A stretch of DNA of 64,000 bases from Bryobacterales bacterium (GCA_965208945.1 OZ242366.1:2899827-2963826); one strand, 5' to 3'; positions 45,401 through 52,730 are shown, counted from the stretch's first letter. Notes: a model not told the origin generated them from the sequence alone. A program made the numbers and translations.

Positions 45401-48178
45401 CGCAACGACCGCTTGAGCGTCTTCCAAGGCGATCGAATCTCGGCTTTGGAGCAGGTCGCGGACGGTCTGTGGGGAGCGGCATTCTTTGCCGAGGAAGGCC
45501 GGTCCTATCGAATCCGGGTGAGCAACTTCGCAAGAGGGGCCGCCCTGAACCTGCGCTGGTCACAGGCGCCCCGCCCAGCCAACGACGACTTCACGCAGGC
45601 CATCGAGCTTGAAGGCGCGGAGGGTGCCGTCGAGGGCAGCGGCCAGGGCGCCACATTGGAGCCCGGCGAGTGGTTCGGGGCCGCGGCGGCCACCACCTGG
45701 TATCGCTGGACGGCGCCCCGCGACGGCCTTTGGAGGTTCTACAGCGGATCCGCGAGGCGTATCTTTGTATTCGAGAGTGACGGCATTTCCACACTGCGGC
45801 TGGTTTCGCACTACCCTTCATCGTCCGCCCGCTTCCCCGCCGGCGGCGGGAAGGAGTATCGCATCGCCGTTGCCGAGCAGGATGCCTACGCGGGCAGCGG
45901 TCCGTACCGACTGGAATGGTTTTCGTTGAGCAGCTACTCTCCCCGCCCCCGCAACGACCAGATTGCTGACGCGGAACCGATCGACAGCGCGCCATCGTCC
46001 GAACATGCCATTGGTGTCGATGACGGTTCGACGGTGGAGCCTGGAGAACCGGTTGAGAGCGGCGTCAGGACGAAGTGGTGGGTGTGGGAGGCCCCCGAAG
46101 GCGGTTACTACACTTGGCGGATCGCGGGTAGAAGCGAGTCCGATCTGGCCTATGCGAAGTTGCTGGTGACCGTGTTCACCGGCAGTTCCATCGAAAATCT
46201 GCAACTCATGGCCGAGAGCGGCCCGGACGCCGCGCCGTCCGATTTCGTCTTGCAGGCTGTGGGCGGTCAACGGTATTGGATCGCCGCCGGATTGCCGGCG
46301 GGAGACATCACGGCGTATACCCTGCAATCGGCCTCCGCCCGAGTGATCTGGGGACCGACCCCCGGCAACGACCATCTTTCTAGTGCCGAGCCGCTAACGG
46401 ACTCTGTCGGCTCGAGCTCGATCACCGGCTCGAACCGCTTTGCGACCGTCGAGCGAGGCGAGAGGTCCTCGGTCCTCGGTCACTCGTCTCTCTGGTGGAC
46501 CTACGAAGCGCCCGCTTCCGGCTGGTACCGCTTCTGGATTGATCAGACCGACGCTCCCTGGGTGCTGGCCGTCTACGATGACGTCGTCGGCGGCTTCGGA
46601 TCTCTTGATCTCGTGAACAGCCGCCGCCAGCCGGAGCGCATCGAGTCCGGCGCCATCGAGGTGATCTTTCGCGCCGAGGCCGGAGCCCGCTACACGATAC
46701 GGCTTGGAACCCGCGGCGCCGCCGAGGGCGGCGAGTTCACGATGAACTGGGGCAAGAGCGAAGCCCCGGTCTGGCTCAAGTACGCCGGACGCTTGGCCGA
46801 CGGCGGCCGGGACACCGCTGGGAACACGGTGGAACTCCGTCCTCCGATCAGCTTTGCGTTCAATGGCCGCGGCACGGCGCTCTATGCGGCCTCGCGGCTT
46901 GGAATGCAAGTCTTCGAACGCGATGTGCAAACCGGAGGTTTGACGCTGGTTCAGTCGCTGCAGGATTATGACCTGGAAGACAGTTCGCTGATCTGGTCCG
47001 CGTTTGAAAACAAACTCTACGTACATCAGTGCGGGATGTGGCGCAAGTTTGGACCTGTCGATGGAACACAACCGGGGCTCCGGGACGAGGGGACGTTGAC
47101 AGTGACGGGCTCCCCGGAAACCGTCGGTTGCAACATTCAAAGCGACGTTCGGGGCGACGTTTTCATGGACTCCGAAGAATCGTTCCTGCATGCGGTCGAT
47201 CCTTCCACGAGCAAGCTTCAGGTCTTTGACTTGGATAGGCCGGATACTCTCCAACACCTACAGACCCTCAGCGTTCCCGGTCTGAGGCGGGCCCTGATCT
47301 CGAACGATGACGGCCGCGTGTACGCGGTCACGCACGAGTCATTGCTCGTCTTCGAGCGCGATGCAGAAACAGGCCGGCTGACCCAGGTCCCTCGGGCAGG
47401 GAATGACGCAAGTCTGTTGTGGTTGGAATCCATCGTAATCAGCAGTGACGACCGCTACCTGTTCGCCTTCGACGACCGCGGTAGAAGGTCGAAAGTGTTC
47501 CAACTGGAAGACGACCCTTCCCGTCCGCAGCTTCTCGGTAGCCTGCCGCCGTTTTGGAACGCGCCAGAGCAGTACTCGCCCTGGGACAATCGGTGCGGGT
47601 TCTCCAGCGTGCGAACGGGAACCCCGGCGGCGGACGTCTTCTGCCGGAATATGGCCTTCAGCGTGCAGTGGCGACCGGAAAGCGGCGAGCTTGCGGCGAC
47701 CGACTACGTTGCGCCGTGGCAGCCGGACCGTTTCAACAACCACGTGCCCGAATTCGGCCATGCTCGAAATCTCGTTGCGAGTCCCGATGGAGGGCACGCC
47801 TATCTGGTCACGGAAGATAAAGGACTCCTGATCTTTGAACGCGTCGGAGTTGGCGCTGATGAATATGCGCCGCTCAAGATGCTCTCCGTATCGCCCGGCA
47901 AGGTCAGCTTTGGTCCTATGTCGACGGACATGGGAGGCTGTATTGGATTACAGGATGTTGTCGTCGGTGATGCCCGCTACAGCGTCGTCAATTCGAAGTG
48001 GCAGACGAGGGCGAATTCGGATGCCGAATGGACGGACATCGAGGGAACGGAGACGAACGGCGAAGTCTGCTCGTATACGCCGTCATCCCCGGCGCATGCA
48101 AGACTGGTTGCGGAAATCGCCATTGACGGCGAAACAGGAAAGTACGCCAGCAAAAACTTCCTGACCGTAGAGCCATAG
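42431..48178 (+). CDS. Giant secreted subtilisin-like (S8) protease with repeated NDDF-type beta-sandwich modules and a C-terminal beta-propeller-like region
   Basis: 1915 aa. Triad context VAVMDSG / HGTHVTGT / GTSMSSPAVAG. Four modules start P(P/A/R)ND(D/Q/H). The C-terminal repeats LxVFERDxxTGxL resemble lactonase-type propeller blades. Confidence 0.85.
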   Translation: MIAFSNSTSRWQVGKHLPLGIIAGLAGLLAAYPNRSLGQEARPSPAVMQMMTDAAVARIAAESRGTLREPAIEAAPRSSEAASAADRTSRASRPSPPGGYSFVSHHGRMPRARIEDEYGAGDERPGADLDWLESSTSIETLAAHAAEAGRDWSFGWIRLAEDADPNDLERSLQGSGAEIVGSAGSLMRARLPGEESRLQRIAALPQVDGLGAVPPDRKLPEAFAREVSEAPPQAQMPVFITLMTNDPEGRWRRELETLGAVVGRFDPDIRVYSANVSRSVLEAIAAADFVLAVEPIGIVAAAHDTAVPAMGADALRRFDGAPGLFSGIGGSSVPIAVMDSGLNINHLDIASNRQSICGANFVWFGGGVPLQESEDLWIDEGEHGTHVTGTVAGNGYVEPRFAGMAPSVRHIRFAKVLHSEGFGNDGSILPGMDFLARPTGCAEAGGPSDRVKPLIVNMSLSASSREFEGRGSSARKLDSIVWSHRQLYVVAQSNSGIDGFSQFGAAKNSLAVGAAMDSGDLAVFSSHGPTFDGRLAPQVVAAGVRVHSARGGGSRGEYRELSGTSMSSPAVAGVAALLMDAVPEHREQPALTRARLMASAIRPDAWLEDTEAFPMTNTNGPGALQAQYGLGMVSARTSVLNRDRADGWTGGGATAELQGGEYAYRDITVPEGAGRLDLVMTWDEPPVDTIGSAVLNDLDLWLDRDGDCGAGACGEYVSASRVDNVEWIILRNPRPGIYRAKVVPRRVYTAAPRAALAWTVIRGASTPSLRIDADKETIDGGRENELTLTVTADEYVAAGTRLHIDCRGDGGSSGCNDIQIHTMAVSREDGVPLDLSDELGRLVEFGYFESRSPIPLGSSIPLGEISAGEAQEIELVVSYNREASPVRLYFTASAWNAKAASASVGVRAGGSDRSEVAGRPPNDDFAAAAVIEGREGSRALDLLPATPEPGEPLFTPTRGRPAGSVWYEWTAAEDGPARFNIPPRADFEDARNDRLSVFQGDRISALEQVADGLWGAAFFAEEGRSYRIRVSNFARGAALNLRWSQAPRPANDDFTQAIELEGAEGAVEGSGQGATLEPGEWFGAAAATTWYRWTAPRDGLWRFYSGSARRIFVFESDGISTLRLVSHYPSSSARFPAGGGKEYRIAVAEQDAYAGSGPYRLEWFSLSSYSPRPRNDQIADAEPIDSAPSSEHAIGVDDGSTVEPGEPVESGVRTKWWVWEAPEGGYYTWRIAGRSESDLAYAKLLVTVFTGSSIENLQLMAESGPDAAPSDFVLQAVGGQRYWIAAGLPAGDITAYTLQSASARVIWGPTPGNDHLSSAEPLTDSVGSSSITGSNRFATVERGERSSVLGHSSLWWTYEAPASGWYRFWIDQTDAPWVLAVYDDVVGGFGSLDLVNSRRQPERIESGAIEVIFRAEAGARYTIRLGTRGAAEGGEFTMNWGKSEAPVWLKYAGRLADGGRDTAGNTVELRPPISFAFNGRGTALYAASRLGMQVFERDVQTGGLTLVQSLQDYDLEDSSLIWSAFENKLYVHQCGMWRKFGPVDGTQPGLRDEGTLTVTGSPETVGCNIQSDVRGDVFMDSEESFLHAVDPSTSKLQVFDLDRPDTLQHLQTLSVPGLRRALISNDDGRVYAVTHESLLVFERDAETGRLTQVPRAGNDASLLWLESIVISSDDRYLFAFDDRGRRSKVFQLEDDPSRPQLLGSLPPFWNAPEQYSPWDNRCGFSSVRTGTPAADVFCRNMAFSVQWRPESGELAATDYVAPWQPDRFNNHVPEFGHARNLVASPDGGHAYLVTEDKGLLIFERVGVGADEYAPLKMLSVSPGKVSFGPMSTDMGGCIGLQDVVVGDARYSVVNSKWQTRANSDAEWTDIEGTETNGEVCSYTPSSPAHARLVAEIAIDGETGKYASKNFLTVEP

Positions 48179-48296
48179 AACCTGCGACCGGCATGCTGAA
48201 AATTGAGCGGATGTTCGGCGGAACGTGGACATGGGCAGGAGTGTCGGAAGGGGCGCTGCCCTCACAAGCCCCACGGAGAGTGATGCTGCCGCCCGC

Positions 48297-49196
48297 CTAC
48301 AGGTCTTCGTCGGTCAAGGTGTAGTAGGCCTCCAGGTATTTCTCGGAGGTCTTTTCGATGATGTCGGGAGGAAGTTCGGGACCGGGAGGCGTTTTGTCCC
48401 AGTCGACCGTTTCGAGATAGTCGCGGACGAACTGCTTGTCGTAGGAAGGCTGTGGCTTGCCGGCCTGGTAGAACTCGAGCGGCCAGTAGCGGGAGGAATC
48501 GGGCGTAAGCACTTCGTCGCCGAGAACGACCTCGCCGTCGAGCCCGCCGAATTCGAACTTCGTATCGGCAAGGACCAAACCGCAGGCGAGGGCGTGTTGG
48601 CTGGCGCGGGAGTAGATGTCGAGGGTCAGGTCCCGGAGTTGCGCGCAGAGCTCCTCGCCGACGATTCCGGCGGCGCGCTCGAACGTGATGTTCTCGTCGT
48701 GACCGGTTTCGGCCTTGGTGGCGGGAGTGAAGATGGGTTCGGGAAGCAGTCCGTTCATGCGCAGGCCGGCGGACAGTTTGACGCCGCACACCTCGCCGGT
48801 TTGCTGGTACTCTTTCCAGCCCGAGCCGGAGATATAGCCGCGCGCAACGCATTCGATAGGCGCCATGTCGAGCTTCTTGACGAGCATCGAGCGCCCGTCG
48901 AGTTGGTCTTTGTAGGCGCGCAGGTTCTCGGGGTATTCATCGACGTCAGCCGTGACGAAGTGGGTGGGCACGACATCCTTGAGGAAGTCGAACCAGAACA
49001 TCGAGAGCTTCGTCAGCACCTCGCCTTTGTGCGGGATGCCGTTCGGTAGCACGACGTCGAAGGCCGAGATGCGGTCGGTCGCGATGAAGAGAAGGTGTTC
49101 GCCGGCGTCATAAATATCGCGCACCTTGCCGCGCGCAATCGGCTGTACGCCTTCGAGGTTGGTTTCAAGAAGCGGGGTCGGGGAGGTAACGGGCAT
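48297..49196 (-). CDS. purC: Phosphoribosylaminoimidazole-succinocarboxamide synthase
   Basis: 299 aa. GKVRDIYDAGEHLLFIATDRISAFDVVLPNGIPHKGEVLT. Confidence 0.9.
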   Translation of the reverse strand: MPVTSPTPLLETNLEGVQPIARGKVRDIYDAGEHLLFIATDRISAFDVVLPNGIPHKGEVLTKLSMFWFDFLKDVVPTHFVTADVDEYPENLRAYKDQLDGRSMLVKKLDMAPIECVARGYISGSGWKEYQQTGEVCGVKLSAGLRMNGLLPEPIFTPATKAETGHDENITFERAAGIVGEELCAQLRDLTLDIYSRASQHALACGLVLADTKFEFGGLDGEVVLGDEVLTPDSSRYWPLEFYQAGKPQPSYDKQFVRDYLETVDWDKTPPGPELPPDIIEKTSEKYLEAYYTLTDEDL

Positions 49197-49340
49197 TCTT
49201 TCTCAGGGGGAACAGAGGGAGACAGCTTGCAGGCTTGCTGCAACAGAGTCCGATGATGGTAACACGGAGTGGGACGAACGCGCCTCCATGCGCTGTCGGA
49301 ATCCATGCCGCTGTGTGCGGGGATGCGGGTCGCCGGTCTT

Positions 49341-49392
49341 AGCCTGCATGTCTCACCACGTGGCGAGGCGAAGTGGGTGAGAGGGCCGTCAG
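49341..49392 (+). repeat. Solo PAL left-arm fragment
   Basis: AGCCTGCATGTCTCACCACGTGGCGAGGCGAAGTGGGTGAGAGGGCCGTCAG, with TA on the left flank. Followed by ACATTTCTTCTGGAGCGAAC, a motif also found at 20597-20620. Confidence 0.75.
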
Positions 49393-49414
49393 ACATTTCT
49401 TCTGGAGCGAACTA

Positions 49415-49503
49415 GCCTGCATTTCTCACCACATGGCGAGGCGAAGTGTGTGAGAGGGCCGTCAGGACGAGGCGCGAGCTGCTTGGCGCGCGCAGGCGTA
49501 CTT
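49415..49503 (+). repeat. PAL element copy A9, left half (interrupted by the IS)
   Basis: Consensus left arm ending GCAGGCGTACTT. TA on the left flank. Confidence 0.85.
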
Positions 49504-49604
49504 ATGGGATGGTTCGCTCCCACTTCCGCTGCGTCGTCGAGTTCGGCCATGCTGGTAGCAACGGCCGTCCCCGGCCGCAGTTCACGAACCGAGAGGAAAC
49601 CATC

Positions 49605-50678
49605 ATGGCAACGACCCAGCGATCATCCCGCAAGAGCGTATGGAAGGAGGTCGTCACGATCGGCCTCGATCTAGCAAAACACAACGTCGACTTGGTCGGC
49701 TTGGACGCAACCGGCCGGGTGCTCACCCGTCGCCGCTACTCGAAGGGCAAGCTGCTGGAGGTGACCGCCCAGATGCAGCCCTGCCGTATCGGCATGGAAG
49801 CCTGCTGCGGCGCCCATCACCTGGGCCGCCAACTGCTGGCCCAGGGGCACGACGTGAAGCTGATGCCGCCCAAATATGTGAAGCCCTTTGTGAAGCGCGA
49901 CAAGAACGACTCGACGGACGCCGAGGCCTGCGCGGAAGCCTGTCTGCGGCCGAGCATGCGCTTCGTGGCGGTCAAGAGCGAGCAACAACTGTCGATGCAG
50001 TCGCTGCACCGCTATCGCTCGCGGCTGGTGGGCAACTCGACGCAGTTGATCAACCAGGCGCGCGCCTTTCTGCTGGAACGCGGCATCACCCTTCCACAGG
50101 GCAAGCGTTGGTTTGTGGTCCGTCTGCCGGAGATCCTCGAGGACGCCGATAACGGCCTGTCCGACGAAATGCGGGCGCTGCTGGCGGGCATGTTTGCCGA
50201 ATGGCAAGTGCTGGCAGAGAAGATTCAGCAAGTCAACACCTATCTGCTGAGGAAAGCGCAGGCGAGCGAGGCCTGCCGGCGGCTCAGAGAGATCCCCGGC
50301 ATCGGCGTGCAGACAGCGACGGCCTTGGTGGCGACGATCGGCAACGCCGAGGCCTTCGAGAAGGGGCGCGACGTCGCTGCTTGGTTGGGTCTGGTGCCGA
50401 GAGAGTACTCCAGCGGAGGCAAGCAGCGCTTGGGAGGCATCAGCAAGCGCGGCAACCGCTACGTCCGGACGCTGCTGGTGCACTGTGCCCGCTCGAGCCT
50501 CGACGTGCTCGCGAAGCGCAGCGACCAACTCGGCCAGTGGCTGCGGCGGATGCTCCTGAACAAAGATCGGCGGGTCGTGATCGTGGCGCTGGCGGCACGG
50601 CTGGCGCGCATCGCATGGGCCTTGCTGAGCAGCGGCCAGCGCTTCTCTCAACAGCGGCAACCAGCCCCGGCGGGTTAA
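49605..50678 (+). CDS. IS110-family DEDD recombinase/transposase
   Basis: ATG 49605 is preceded by GAGAGGA. VVTIGLDLAKHNVDLVGLD (DEDD N-terminal domain). IPGIGVQTATALVATIGN...AAWLGLVPREYSSGGKQRLGGISKRGNRYVR (C-terminal Transposase_20-type domain). Confidence 0.85.
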   Translation: MATTQRSSRKSVWKEVVTIGLDLAKHNVDLVGLDATGRVLTRRRYSKGKLLEVTAQMQPCRIGMEACCGAHHLGRQLLAQGHDVKLMPPKYVKPFVKRDKNDSTDAEACAEACLRPSMRFVAVKSEQQLSMQSLHRYRSRLVGNSTQLINQARAFLLERGITLPQGKRWFVVRLPEILEDADNGLSDEMRALLAGMFAEWQVLAEKIQQVNTYLLRKAQASEACRRLREIPGIGVQTATALVATIGNAEAFEKGRDVAAWLGLVPREYSSGGKQRLGGISKRGNRYVRTLLVHCARSSLDVLAKRSDQLGQWLRRMLLNKDRRVVIVALAARLARIAWALLSSGQRFSQQRQPAPAG

Positions 50679-50942
50679 CCGCCCTGCGGTCCGCCGTAGC
50701 ACTACCAGGAGCTCACAGTTTGTCTGCTTACTCCCGATTGATGGACAAAACGGTCGTACCGGCGTCACCGAATCCTGTTACTGTTCATGGCCCTCACAGG
50801 TCGGCGTACTTATGAGGAGCGGGACGTGCGGACCCCATCATGGCCCGGAACCAGCGCGGTTCCACCTAGAGGTCGGATATATTGGCGCAGACCAACGTTC
50901 AGCAAGAAGGAATAGGTGGACATCCCGGGAGCGAACCATATA
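50679..50942 (+). ncRNA. Candidate bridge/seek RNA region in the IS right non-coding end
   Basis: 264-nt non-coding right end versus 101 nt on the left. It contains GGCGTACTTATG (identical to the left target-IS junction), TACTGTTCA (reverse complement of the right target flank), ATATATTG (right IS end plus core) and the local hairpin GGAACC-agcgc-GGTTCC. Confidence 0.4.
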
Positions 50943-51034
50943 TTGAACAGTACGTTGAGCACGGCAAGCAAGCGCAACGAAGTCCTGGCGGTCATATCGC
51001 GTGCTTCGACCGTCGGGTGGTGAGAAATGCAGGC
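50943..51034 (+). repeat. PAL element copy A9, right half
   Basis: Resumes TTGAACAGTACGTTGAGCACGGCAAGC and ends GTGGTGAGAAATGCAGGC followed by TA. Confidence 0.85.
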
Positions 51035-51250
51035 TAGGCCCCCACCCATGGTTTTCACGAATCACGAGACACGAAACACGAATCACGGCCTTTTTTCGCG
51101 TGCTTCGACCGTCGGGTGGTGAGAAATGCAGGCTAGTCACAAGCCACTGCTTTTAAGGTTTTTCACGAATCACGAGACACGAAACACGAATCACGGCCTT
51201 TTCCAGACCCGAATCACGGCCTTTCCGTGGCTCGTATGGTGTCCGTTGGT

Positions 51251-51276
51251 ACTGAAGCCCTTCAGTCTTGTTTTTT
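51251..51276 (+). terminator. Hairpin + T-run module, copy 2
   Basis: ACTGAAGCCCTTCAGT then CTTGTTTTTT, downstream of the heptad tract starting at 51157. Confidence 0.3.
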
Positions 51277-51529
51277 CCGCCCCGGTCTGCTAAGCATGAT
51301 GGCGGCGAGGCACAGTCCGTGTGGGTCACGGATCAGGTCTTCCAAGGCGTTCACTTGCCATAAGCCACTGATTTCAAGGGTTTTAACGAAACACGAAACC
51401 CGAGACGCGGGTTCGCCTGGCGCGCCGCGCAGGCCAGCGCGAATTCCGAGGTTTTCACGAAACACGAGACCCGAGACACGAATCACGGCTTTTTCCAGCC
51501 ACGGTTTTGTCGAATCGTTGCCTCTTGGT

Positions 51530-51553
51530 ACTGAAGGGCTTCAGTCTTTTTTT
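51530..51553 (+). terminator. Hairpin + T-run module, copy 3
   Basis: ACTGAAGGGCTTCAGT then CTTTTTTT, downstream of the heptad tract starting at 51450. The loop differs from copies 1-2 while the stem is conserved. Confidence 0.3.
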
Positions 51554-52105
51554 CGGCCGGAAGCCGGTGTAGGTTGAGAGTGATGACGCCGTTGCTGGGA
51601 CCGAAAACCTCATCCGCGCCCGTCGGGGCCAAGTCGGGTGGGGACAGAAGAGCCGCCCGGTCGCTGCTTTCCTGCGCGTTGTGGCGCGGCATGGGGCGGC
51701 TATGGCGCGGCATGGGCGGCATGGGGCGCCCCGAGCCGCTGTCCGCGCACCGTCCGCACCAGCAACAGGGCCTTTCAGGTATTCACGAAACCCGAGACGC
51801 GGGTTCGCCTGGCGCGCCGCGCAGGCCCGCGCGAATTCCGAGGTTTTCACGAAACACGAGACCCGAATCACGGCTTTTATGCTTTTCACGAGTCACGGCT
51901 TTTATCGCCGCCCGGTCGCTGCTTTCCTGCGCGTTGTGGCGCAACGGTTGCGCCGCTATGGCGTGGCTATGGAGCGGCTGTGGCGCGTGTGGGGCGGCTA
52001 TGGCGATAGCGCGGCATGGGCGGCCGTGGAGCGGCATGGGCGGCATATTGCCCCCGCGCCAGTGTCCCCGCTCCCGTCAGCCTTTCTCGGTCGGCCTCAC
52101 GACTG

Positions 52106-52284
52106 GCCTGCATTTCTCACCACGTGGCGAGGCGAAGTGCGTGAGAGGGCCGTCAGGACGAGGCGCGAGCCGCTTGGCGCGCGCAGGTGTACTTGAACAG
52201 TACATCGAGCACGGCAAGCAAGCGCAACGAAGTCATGGCGGTCATACCACGTGCTTCGACCGTCGGGTGGTGAGACATGCAGGC
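52106..52284 (+). repeat. PAL element copy A10 (short form)
   Basis: Consensus termini, exact apex. Flanks are TG / TT rather than TA. Confidence 0.85.
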
Positions 52285-52285
52285 T

Positions 52286-52362
52286 TGGCCCCCTCCCATG
52301 GTTTTCACGAATCACGGCCTTTTTTCGCGTGCTTCGACCGTCGGGTGGTGAGAAATGCAGGT
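52286..52362 (+). repeat. Tail module (short heptad stub + solo right arm)
   Basis: GGCCCCCTCCCATGGTTTTCACGAATCACGGCCTTTTTTCGCGTGCTTCGACCGTCGGGTGGTGAGAAATGCAGGT followed by TA. Confidence 0.75.
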
Positions 52363-52730
52363 TAGGTTCCAGAACATGCCCGCAGCCTCTTGTATTGGTT
52401 CGAAGCACCACGAACGGCGAGTCGGAACCGCCGAAAGATCCTGCCGGCGCCGCTCTCGCTCTTCCCGGCAACAGAGTCGGATACGCCCAGACAACCCGGA
52501 GCTGCAAGGTCATCTCAGGAGTCTGAAGTCGGCGGCGGAGCAACGGCCGCGAACCGCTGTCCCGGCGCCCTCTTGGCGCACGTTCTTGATGTATTTCAGG
52601 GGGGTCGGAGTTTATCTGTAGGCCGTCTGGACAACGATCCGGGATTTGATATAGTAGTACGGTCTGTAGAAAGCCCAGTGGCTGAAAACCCCTGTTTTGC
52701 GGGCCAGGTTTCAGCAAAGGAAGGTGTCTG

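Larger units (their letters stand above)
49504..50942 (+). mobile_element. IS110/IS1111-family insertion sequence (1439 bp) inserted in the PAL apex
   Basis: Bounded by comparison with intact PAL copies. TT on both sides. 12-bp subterminal inverted repeats TGGTTCGCTCCC (49510-49521) / GGGAGCGAACCA (50927-50938). Contains a single recombinase ORF. Confidence 0.85.
51036..52104 (+). repeat. Non-coding repeat island 2 (tail module, heptad tracts, two hairpin/T-run modules, GGCTATGGCG-type short repeats)
   Basis: All ORFs here are translated repeat DNA. Internal ~100-bp duplication (51385-51490 vs 51785-51880). Shares ordered modules with island 1. Confidence 0.75.

Noticed and set aside
51046-51905. 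Possible CRISPR array, considered because of the dense short direct repeats.
   Set aside because: The repeat unit is 7 nt in tandem, with no 25-40 nt repeats separated by unique spacers, and there are no cas genes in the window.
51574-52365. 263-aa ORF, plus overlapping 123- and 171-aa ORFs, in repeat island 2.
   Set aside because: They are composed entirely of heptad tracts, GGCTATGGCG-type short repeats and a PAL copy. All three frames are open, and there is no SD or domain signal.
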